Source: Candidatus Woesearchaeota archaeon
Lineage (GTDB): Archaea > Nanobdellota > Nanobdellia > Pacearchaeales > GW2011-AR1
Length of the DNA: 58,114 nt
NCBI GenBank assembly: GCA_964473005.1
Contig: CAYYME010000001.1
Location: 1 to 58,114, forward strand
Direction of reading: 5' to 3'
Shown piece after piece: positions 47,593-55,665 of this stretch. The first letter of the stretch is position 1, and each line of letters starts with the position of its first letter. A program made the translations under genes and the position numbers. The notes below the pieces were generated by a model. That model had not been told where the DNA came from. It was given only the letters and a program-made list of their open reading frames with translations, and made no database searches.

Positions 47593-49142
47593 TCAATTTT
47601 CCTCTGGGTCTCTGTTTTAGAATTATTTTCATTTTTAAAATCATCCTGAATTTGATTTATTGTTATTTTCATTTTTTTCTCCCTGCTTCTTGAGGCGTAA
47701 TAAAAAGCCTCATCACGGGTTTTTTTTGTTATAAGCATAATGAGTTTTCCTTTCATTAATCTTGCTGTTCTTCCTGTTCTCTGTATTGCCCGTATTGCAG
47801 AGGGAACAGGCTCATAAAATATGACTGCATTAACTTCGGGAATATCCAGTCCTTCTTCAGCTATGCATGTGGCGCACAATATATTTGTTTTTCCTTCTGA
47901 GAAGTCTGAAATTATTTGCTGTTGTTCTTTTTGGCTTAAACCAGAACCATTTTTTTTTGCCTGCCCCACAAAAATTCTTGCTCTTGCCCCTCCTATTTCG
48001 TTTAATTTTTTGCAGATTATATTTGCACTTTCCCTGAACTGGGTAAAGACAATAATTTTTGTCTTTTCATCCTGTTTTATCTCTCTCTCAACAATCTTCC
48101 TGGTTTCCTCGATTTTAGGGTGCTCCTGATTTTTTGCGAGAAGTTCATTTGACTGCATAAACACAAAATTAAATTCCCGTTTAGATACAAGTTTTTTTAC
48201 CCCCCTGCTCTGCTGTTTTGCGGCCTGTTCAAACAAACTTTTAATATAGGTGTTAAAACTTAACAGGGTTTGTGTTTCCAAGAGTTCGAGGGCATGCTGA
48301 ATTTTAATTGCCTGCGCACAGGCACTTGCGGCAAGAAGATAATTGAAATTTCTGTTTCCTTTTGCTATGCTGTTCATTATCTTTCCCTGAAGTTCTATTA
48401 AGCCTGTTTTTGAGGGAAAAGTCCAGAGTACTTTTCTGTTTTTCAACTCTGAAACATACTGCTCAAAGAGTTTCAGAAGAACCTGCTTCATCTCCTCAAA
48501 TTCAGGAGGAAATTTAATTAATACTTTTTCAAATTCAAGCTCCTGAAGATAAGGTTTTACATCCTCGTTTTCACGTGTTCTCAATTCAACAGTTTCTATT
48601 GAAAGATTCCTGCAAATTTCCCTTACTTTTTTCATCTCGCTTCCGGGTGATGCTGTAAGTCCCAAAATCCTTTGGTGTTTTGCCTGTTCTGCATATTTCT
48701 GTGCAACGAAATTATAATCATAATTTTTTATGCATCTGTGAGCTTCATCTTCAATAAGAAGACAGGCTTCTTTCAAGTCATAAAGATGATTTCTCAAATC
48801 ATTTGCTACACACTGGGGAGTTGAAAAGATTATGTCTGCGGTTCTCCAGATTTTTTTTCTTTTTTCCGCCTTGACGGCTCCGGTGAATAGCTGCAAATCC
48901 GCAAACAATTCTCCAAGATGCTTTTTAAAAAAATTCAGATGCTGTTCTGCAAGGGGCTTTGTCGGAGCGAGAAAAATAATTTTTTCCCCTGGAAATTCCT
49001 GCAGTCTTCTTATACTTAACATCAGCGCTATCAGGGTTTTTCCCATTCCTGTCGGAAGCACAACTAAGCAATTCTTTTTTTCACAGCTCTCAAAAATTTT
49101 CTGCTGGTATTCTCTCGGAATAATTCCCTCTAGAAATTTCAT
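47589..49142 (-). CDS. Hef-type SF2 helicase (helicase half)
   Basis: Walker A PTGMGKT, DEAH box, motif VI QRTGRTAR; ATGA overlap with the downstream nuclease gene. Confidence 0.8.
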   Translation of the reverse strand: MKFLEGIIPREYQQKIFESCEKKNCLVVLPTGMGKTLIALMLSIRRLQEFPGEKIIFLAPTKPLAEQHLNFFKKHLGELFADLQLFTGAVKAEKRKKIWRTADIIFSTPQCVANDLRNHLYDLKEACLLIEDEAHRCIKNYDYNFVAQKYAEQAKHQRILGLTASPGSEMKKVREICRNLSIETVELRTRENEDVKPYLQELEFEKVLIKFPPEFEEMKQVLLKLFEQYVSELKNRKVLWTFPSKTGLIELQGKIMNSIAKGNRNFNYLLAASACAQAIKIQHALELLETQTLLSFNTYIKSLFEQAAKQQSRGVKKLVSKREFNFVFMQSNELLAKNQEHPKIEETRKIVEREIKQDEKTKIIVFTQFRESANIICKKLNEIGGARARIFVGQAKKNGSGLSQKEQQQIISDFSEGKTNILCATCIAEEGLDIPEVNAVIFYEPVPSAIRAIQRTGRTARLMKGKLIMLITKKTRDEAFYYASRSREKKMKITINQIQDDFKNENNSKTETQRKIE

Positions 49143-49148
49143 CAGAAT

Positions 49149-49379
49149 TTATCTTTTTTTAATTGAATAAGCAATTAAAACTGAAGAGCATAAAATTAAA
49201 AGCAACCCGATCAGGGAAACTGCATTAAAAGAGTATCTGCTGTCTAAGATTACATTTCCAGTGATTCCTCTGTTCAGAAAAATAAAGCCTCCGACAAGGG
49301 CAATAACTGCAAAAGCCGCCGTCACTTTTCTTTTTTTTAAAAAGTTTTCCCTATTCCTTTTGAGTGTTTTTGTTTTCAT
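49149..49379 (-). CDS. small membrane protein
   Basis: 76 aa, 2 hydrophobic helices. Confidence 0.4.
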   Translation of the reverse strand: MKTKTLKRNRENFLKKRKVTAAFAVIALVGGFIFLNRGITGNVILDSRYSFNAVSLIGLLLILCSSVLIAYSIKKR

Positions 49380-49384
49380 TTAAT

Positions 49385-50017
49385 TTATACAAGTAAAAAA
49401 GTGTAGCCCAGAGCAATGAGTGTTAAAGTTGCAAGGAAACACCACAGCACGAGATTTCCAAAGAATATTTTGTTTCCGTCCAAATCAGAAATTGGAAGCA
49501 TATTAAAAAATGCATAAAAGATATTCAGTTTTGAAAAGAGGGGGAATCCCACAAGATATCCTATTAGTGCGAGAATAAGATTTATGGCAATTCCCGCAGC
49601 AGCTATGTATCCTATGTGGTCTTCAGTCATCTCAGAAAAAGAATACAGGCCGTGCCTTTTTGCAGCCCTGTAAGTTTTGGCCTTCACATCAAAAACAAGA
49701 GAAGCCATCCATACAAAACTATTTATTGGGAAGAGAACTATTTTTGAGGCAATGGGAAAAAGTGCTCCTGCAGGGAATGGCTTTTTGGTATACCAGTGCT
49801 GCCTGAATCCAAATCTTTTGAATTCCCACAGTTTTACCTCCACTTCAGCATCATAATAAAATGCAGTTATTTTTTTTACAAGTATGTTTGCAAAGAGAAG
49901 AATAAATACAGAAGCAAGAGCATAAAAGAAAATTTTCCAGGTTTCAATCAGCGTTATTGAAAAAGCCAGAATAATTGTGCTGATTAATACTGCAATGATT
50001 TCATCTTTATTTAACAT
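49385..50017 (-). CDS. polytopic membrane protein, unknown function
   Basis: 210 aa, multiple TM segments, no HExxH seen. Confidence 0.5.
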   Translation of the reverse strand: MLNKDEIIAVLISTIILAFSITLIETWKIFFYALASVFILLFANILVKKITAFYYDAEVEVKLWEFKRFGFRQHWYTKKPFPAGALFPIASKIVLFPINSFVWMASLVFDVKAKTYRAAKRHGLYSFSEMTEDHIGYIAAAGIAINLILALIGYLVGFPLFSKLNIFYAFFNMLPISDLDGNKIFFGNLVLWCFLATLTLIALGYTFLLV

Positions 50018-50105
50018 GCAAAATTAACGCAGGGATTTTTTATAAAGTTTGTTATATATTTTTATATATGGAAAAGTATTTAAAGGAATTCAATATAATT
50101 TGGTT

Positions 50106-50384
50106 ATGAAAGTAATAAAAATATCAGATGTTTTAGGATTAAGGGTTTTCACAGATTCAGGAGATTTCTTTGGGGAGGTTGAAGAAGCCAATCTGCATGA
50201 AAATAAAGTTGATGGATGGAGGATAAGAGTAGGTGGGGGAATCACTTCCCTGATTGGCGGCGCAAGAGGAGTCATAATTCCGCATCAGTTTGTTAAAGCA
50301 ATCAATGATATTCTCATAATAAATAAAACAGCATTGCCTAATCCTGAATCTCGTCTTGAAGAAGTTTCCGAGGATTTAGTATAA
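50106..50384 (+). CDS. PRC-barrel domain protein
   Basis: MKVIKISDVLGLRVFTDSGDFFGEVEE pattern; internal ATG at 50106 preferred. Confidence 0.55.
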   Translation: MKVIKISDVLGLRVFTDSGDFFGEVEEANLHENKVDGWRIRVGGGITSLIGGARGVIIPHQFVKAINDILIINKTALPNPESRLEEVSEDLV

Positions 50385-50388
50385 GAAG

Positions 50389-50880
50389 ATGGTGAGTGAT
50401 ACAATTTTGCAGAGTGAGGTTCTTACTAAATTTGTTTATCCTTTTTTACTGGTATTTTTCATTGTTTTTGCTGTTCTTGAAAAGACAAAAATTCTCGGAG
50501 AAGGCAGAAAACAGCTCAATGCGCTGATTTCTTTTGTGATTGGGCTTATTTTTGTAAGTGCGGTTTTTCCGAAAATTGTTGTCGGAAATCTGATATTATT
50601 TCTGACAATTGCTCTTGTAATTATGTTTGTGGTTCTTTTGCTGTGGGGATTTGTAGCAGGAGGAAAAGAAGGATTTGAGCCGAGCAAGGGAGTAAAAACT
50701 TTTTTAATGATAGTTATAGGAATAGCAGTGATTATTGCAGTTCTCTGGGCATTAGGGGTTGGTGAAGGTTTCTTTGGTTTTTTATTCAGCAGCAGCTGGA
50801 GTAAACTTTTTTGGACAAATTTTCTTTTTATAGTTGTGATTGCTGTTGCTTTGGCTTTTGTTTTGCTCGGTAAGAAGTAA
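50389..50880 (+). CDS. polytopic membrane protein
   Basis: 163 aa, 4-5 TM. Confidence 0.5.
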   Translation: MVSDTILQSEVLTKFVYPFLLVFFIVFAVLEKTKILGEGRKQLNALISFVIGLIFVSAVFPKIVVGNLILFLTIALVIMFVVLLLWGFVAGGKEGFEPSKGVKTFLMIVIGIAVIIAVLWALGVGEGFFGFLFSSSWSKLFWTNFLFIVVIAVALAFVLLGKK

Positions 50881-50920
50881 ATTTCGAAACATATTTAAAG
50901 ATATTTTCATAAATGTTAGT

Positions 50921-51529
50921 ATGATGCAGGGTTTGATTTTTTTTGCTTCCTATGGTTATTTTGAAGGCGGAGCAATAGGGAATTTGCTTAACATGTGGGA
51001 GCAGGCGGGAATTTTCAGCTATCTGATTCCTTTTCTTCTGATTTTTGCGCTGGTTTTCGGAATTCTGACAAGATTAAATATTTTCACAAAAGATACTGCC
51101 ACAGGTAAAACAAGTAATAAAGCGATTAACGGAATTATTGCCCTTGCTGTTGCACTAATGGCTCTGCAGTTTCCAATGGTTCCCATATTTTTCTCAGAAC
51201 TTTTTCCGAGGCTGGGAATTGCTCTTTCAATAATCCTGGGTTTGCTGGTTATTACTGGTTTGTTTATGGATCCCAAAAACAAAGGATGGATGATTGGACT
51301 TATGGTTGTTTCAGTAATTATTGTTGTTGCTGTTTTGATTAGTTCAACATGGGAATTAGGTTTCGGGCTTGGCTCGTGGTGGAATTATAACTGGCCGACT
51401 TTAGTCGGAATTTTAATATTTTTGGGATTAATAATTGCAATAGTGGCAAGTGCAAATCCTATGAAACAAACACCTGCGGTTGATTCCCCTCTTGCACAAT
51501 CATTGCGAAGTGCTATGACTGAAAGATAA
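50921..51529 (+). CDS. polytopic membrane protein
   Basis: About 200 aa, multiple TM; start set at MMQGLIFF. Confidence 0.5.
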   Translation: MMQGLIFFASYGYFEGGAIGNLLNMWEQAGIFSYLIPFLLIFALVFGILTRLNIFTKDTATGKTSNKAINGIIALAVALMALQFPMVPIFFSELFPRLGIALSIILGLLVITGLFMDPKNKGWMIGLMVVSVIIVVAVLISSTWELGFGLGSWWNYNWPTLVGILIFLGLIIAIVASANPMKQTPAVDSPLAQSLRSAMTER

Positions 51530-51681
51530 TTTTAATTTTTGTTTGTGTTATCTGAAGAAATTAATTAATGTTGTAAAACTGAAGAATTATTAATATATAT
51601 AAAGACGGTTGATTAATTATTGTAATCATAATCTTTTAATTTTAACAGATATCCTGGCTAACAAATATTCCTAATTAAATT

Positions 51682-52407
51682 CTATTTCTTACTTTTTTTA
51701 GAAATTCTTTTCTGGGTTGCTTTGTGAATTTGCTGGTGGCTGTGCTTTTCTGTAAGGGAAGGAACCATTTTTCCGAAAGAGTCCTGCATCATGGACATTT
51801 CTTTTTTTATGCTTTCCAGAGTTCCCCCATAACTTCCGATTTTCTGCAGAATTGCTGCCTGAAGTTTATCTAGGGTGGATTCTATTCTGCTGAGTCTTTC
51901 TGACAAATGATTTACTTTTGTCTGTGTAAGAACCCTGAATTCATTCAACTCTTCAATCTGTGCCTGCAATTTTCTTATTTTATCTGAAAAAACCTGCTCT
52001 GCTATCTCAATCATGGTATCTGTGCCTGAACCACCTGCATAATACTCTTCATATCCTTCCTGAGGATAAAATTCCTGTGAAGCAGGAGGATAAGCATTAG
52101 GTTGCGGGGCATATTCTTCCTGAGGTTGCGGAACATATTCTTCTTCCTGGATTTCCTGGCTTTTAGGATAATTGGTTCTGCCCATGTGCGGACTCGGAGG
52201 CATATCATAAAAATCACTTCCGCCTATTTCTTCATCACGCATTTCTTTTAAAGCCCCCCTGTCTGATATTGCTTCTTTTATTCGTGATTGCCCGAGTGCT
52301 TCATTTATTGCTTTTGGTGAGACGTTCTGTTCTTCCAGCCTGCTTATAATTTCATCTTCGGGAACCCCCTGATTACGCATTTGATTTACCTGTTCAAGCA
52401 CACCCAT
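51682..52407 (-). CDS. coiled-coil protein with small N-terminal helical domain and Y/P/Q/E-rich linker (FlaC/D-like accessory protein?)
   Basis: C-terminal heptad region (LQAQIEELNEF...LSERLSRIESTLDKLQ); located next to the pilus/archaellum-type genes. Confidence 0.45.
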   Translation of the reverse strand: MGVLEQVNQMRNQGVPEDEIISRLEEQNVSPKAINEALGQSRIKEAISDRGALKEMRDEEIGGSDFYDMPPSPHMGRTNYPKSQEIQEEEYVPQPQEEYAPQPNAYPPASQEFYPQEGYEEYYAGGSGTDTMIEIAEQVFSDKIRKLQAQIEELNEFRVLTQTKVNHLSERLSRIESTLDKLQAAILQKIGSYGGTLESIKKEMSMMQDSFGKMVPSLTEKHSHQQIHKATQKRISKKSKK

Positions 52408-52421
52408 ATTAAATTATATTT

Positions 52422-52748
52422 TTACCTCTTTTTTAATTTTTCTAAAGGTTTAAACATTTTTGCCTGTTTTGCGAGAATCTCCAAATCCTCTTTTCTGGCA
52501 AATTTTGAAAATTCTCCTGAGGCAGTCTCCAGAAATGAACGCATTCTTTCTGAATTTTGCTTAATTATTTCAATATCTCTTTTTATTTCAAGAATTTCAT
52601 CGCTGGTTTTTTCTTTTATTTCCAGAAGATTTTCCACCACAAGCAGAAGTCTTTCTTTCATAATCCGTTGCTTTTCCTCAACATCCCTTAATTTTGCAAT
52701 TATGCCTCCCCATGCCTGTTCAGAATAATCTGCCTCTCTTTCATTCAT
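52422..52748 (-). CDS. coiled-coil protein
   Basis: 108 aa, heptad-rich, same strand and adjacent to 51682-52407. Confidence 0.45.
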   Translation of the reverse strand: MNEREADYSEQAWGGIIAKLRDVEEKQRIMKERLLLVVENLLEIKEKTSDEILEIKRDIEIIKQNSERMRSFLETASGEFSKFARKEDLEILAKQAKMFKPLEKLKKR

Positions 52749-52769
52749 GAAACACAGAGGCTAAGTAAG

Positions 52770-52802
52770 TTTAAATTTGTTGTGTTTCGAAACAAATTTA
52801 AA
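52770..52802. promoter_or_regulatory. 12-bp perfect inverted repeat containing TATA-like TTTAAAT on both strands
   Basis: tttaaatttgtt-N9-aacaaatttaaa, 22-54 nt upstream of the ATG of the minus-strand gene ending at 52748. Confidence 0.3.
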
Positions 52803-53086
52803 GATAACAGGAGATTATTAAAAACAGAAATATTGTTATGGTTAATAATTATATCTCTCAATAAACTTTTTTTGCAAGAATTATCTACGCATTAAGTTTT
52901 TCTTTATTACTTTTTGTATTTTTTATAAGATAACCCCTAATTAGATATTTTTAATTTAAATGGATATTAAATTTTGATTATACAAAATATTTTAAACTCC
53001 CCCTCCTTTTTATTTAATAACTGGTGACAAAATGCAATTCAGGGAAATTATACATTTCAAAATCGCATTTTTTATAGGTGATTAAA

Positions 53087-55375
53087 ATGCAATTCAAAGA
53101 GGGAACAGCGCTGTATTCTTATGAGATTGAGAGAAAAGGGGGAGAAGACATCGCATTTATAAATTATCTTGGGGCACCTTATGTTCCTGATATTGCAGAT
53201 TCTCCGGAAGTCATGGAGAGAACAATTGATGTCCTGATTGAGAATCCGAATGTGTCGCGGGTTGTTTTTGTCCAGCAGAAAAATTATAATTATGATTTTG
53301 AAGAGGCATCTCTTCTTTCAGAAATTGCCAGAGTTTACATTTATCTGGTGAGGCAGGAGCAGATTTTATCCCAGAGAAGATTGGTAACAAGCCAGGAGCA
53401 ATTTTTTTCCGCAAGATACAATCAGATTTTTTCCTTTCTTCTTCTACTGAAAAGAGACCCTGTTTCTGCTTATACTGAACTGAAAAGAATAATAATAGAA
53501 GCGAAGATTTTTCTGGAAAAATTAGAGGGGGTTCATTTGTCAGATCAAAAAAATTATCTTGCTCTGCTGGAAAAAATTCTTGCTTTGTTTGAGAAAACAA
53601 AGATTATTCAAAAAGCACTTCCTTATATGCAGGATTATCAGAGGGGGGACAGGGAGATTTATTATAAATTTTTTAAGCCTGATGTTATTCCTAACTTTAC
53701 TTTTACCAGGCTGGTTTCTGATTTGCCAGAGGAATCAGAGATTATAGCCCAGTATACAATTTCTGACGAAGAGTATGATGAATCTTCTGTGACTATTCTC
53801 AAGAAAAAAAATGAACCAAAGCTGATTTATCATCTCATCCCTCCTGAAAACATCCTGAGTGAAGAGCATAATTTGCTTCTGAATCTTGCGAGAAGTGTTT
53901 TGATTGAACACCAGCCGAGGGCAGAGGAATTTACAGATACAGAAAGGACGAGGCAGGTTTTTTTTAATATCTCCAAGGACTTGCTCGGTGATTTGGCTCA
54001 GAGCCAGGGAATCACCCTTAATTATAATGAACTGAATAAACTCTCAAAAATTCTCGTGAGGCACACTATTGGCTTTGGGCTTATAGAAGTTTTGCTGCAG
54101 GACAAAAATATTCAGGATATTTCGCTGAATTCACCAATTCCTATGACTCAGATTTTTGTGAAGCATCAGAATTATGAAGAGTGCCTGACAAATATTCTTC
54201 CGAGCCAGGAAGATGCTGATTCTTGGGCTGCAAAATTCAGAATGATTTCAGGCAGGCCTCTTGACGAGGCAAATCCTATTCTTGATACTCAGCTGGAAAT
54301 TGGAAAAATCAGAGCGAGAATTGCAATAATTCAGGCTCCTCTCTCACCGAGCGGGCTTGCATATTCTGTAAGAAGGCACAGGGAAAATCCATGGACTCTT
54401 CCTCTTTTTGTCCAGAATAAAATGTTAAATCCTTTTGCAGCAGGCTTGATGAGCTTTTTGATTGACGGAGCAAGAACTCTTTTGGTTGCAGGAACAAGAA
54501 GTTCAGGTAAAACCTCTCTGCTCGGAAGCCTGATGCTGGAGATTATTCCTAAATTCAGAATAATTGTCATTGAAGATTCTCTGGAGCTTCCTGTGGATGT
54601 TCTGAGAAAATTAAAATATGATATCTTAAGAATGAAAGTTCGTTCTGCACTGCTGAAAACAACAACAGAAGTTTCTGCTGATGACGGAATAAGGACGAGC
54701 CTGAGGCTTGGAGACAGCTGTCTTATTATCGGTGAAGTCAGAAGCGTGGAGGCAAAAGCCCTTTATGAGGCAATGAGGGTCGGAGCACTTGCGAATGTTG
54801 TTGCAGGAACTATTCACGGAGCTTCTCCTTACGGAGTCTTTGACAGGGTTGTGAATGACCTGGAAGTTCCTGCCACTAGTTTTAAAGCAACAGACATAAT
54901 AACAATCTGCAATCCAATAAAATCTCCTGACGGACTTCATTCATGGAAGAGGGTTTTGCAGCTTTCAGAAATAAGAAAGCACTGGAAAACAGACCCCATG
55001 GAAGAAAAAGGATTTGTGGATTTGATGAAATACAATGTGGAAAAAGATGAACTGGAGCCTACAGATGATTTGATTAACGGAGACAGCGAAGTTGTCAAAG
55101 ATGTTGCATCAAATGTGAAGGGATGGGCAGGAAACTGGGATGCAGTTTATGACAATATTCTGCTGAGGGCAAAAATAAAAAAAGAAATTGTTGATGCAGC
55201 AGAAAAAACAGGAGACAGCAATATTCTTGAGGCAGAATTTAATACTCTATCAAATCATGCATTCCACAGAATCTCTGATGAAATTCGGCAGGAAATAGGC
55301 TTGCCTCTTTCAGAAAAAGTTTTTCCAGAATGGCAGAGTTGGTTAAATAAGGAAATAAAGAAAAGAAAAATCTAA
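53087..55375 (+). CDS. FlaI/PilB/GspE-family secretion ATPase (type IV pilus / archaellum assembly)
   Basis: Walker A GTRSSGKTS, Walker B IIVIEDSLEL, GEVRS.EA box; unusually long N-terminal region (763 aa from ATG 53087). Confidence 0.85.
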   Translation: MQFKEGTALYSYEIERKGGEDIAFINYLGAPYVPDIADSPEVMERTIDVLIENPNVSRVVFVQQKNYNYDFEEASLLSEIARVYIYLVRQEQILSQRRLVTSQEQFFSARYNQIFSFLLLLKRDPVSAYTELKRIIIEAKIFLEKLEGVHLSDQKNYLALLEKILALFEKTKIIQKALPYMQDYQRGDREIYYKFFKPDVIPNFTFTRLVSDLPEESEIIAQYTISDEEYDESSVTILKKKNEPKLIYHLIPPENILSEEHNLLLNLARSVLIEHQPRAEEFTDTERTRQVFFNISKDLLGDLAQSQGITLNYNELNKLSKILVRHTIGFGLIEVLLQDKNIQDISLNSPIPMTQIFVKHQNYEECLTNILPSQEDADSWAAKFRMISGRPLDEANPILDTQLEIGKIRARIAIIQAPLSPSGLAYSVRRHRENPWTLPLFVQNKMLNPFAAGLMSFLIDGARTLLVAGTRSSGKTSLLGSLMLEIIPKFRIIVIEDSLELPVDVLRKLKYDILRMKVRSALLKTTTEVSADDGIRTSLRLGDSCLIIGEVRSVEAKALYEAMRVGALANVVAGTIHGASPYGVFDRVVNDLEVPATSFKATDIITICNPIKSPDGLHSWKRVLQLSEIRKHWKTDPMEEKGFVDLMKYNVEKDELEPTDDLINGDSEVVKDVASNVKGWAGNWDAVYDNILLRAKIKKEIVDAAEKTGDSNILEAEFNTLSNHAFHRISDEIRQEIGLPLSEKVFPEWQSWLNKEIKKRKI

Positions 55376-55665
55376 CCAACTCTTTATGACTCCAAATGAG
55401 GATACATTTGTCGTATGCCAGAAATGGCTGAATGTGGAGATTAAGAAAAGAAAAGTATGAATAGTTTTGCTCGCTCGTAAACTCGCTCGATTGATATAAA
55501 CTCCGAAATCGACTTTGTCAGATTTCTTTGTTAATAATTTCTTTAAGCGAAAAACTTGATGAAATCTGTTTTGAGCAAATAATAAACAAACAAAGTGAAC
55601 AAAGTTCTCCAAAGATTTATTAATTGTTTTTCACTACTCTTGTTATATAAAAACAGAGTGATAAA

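Noticed and set aside
55343-55612. 89-aa minus-strand ORF between the ATPase and platform genes
   Set aside because: It overlaps the ATPase stop region antisense and has a low-complexity translation. The region is better explained by the duplicated ATPase tail on the plus strand.
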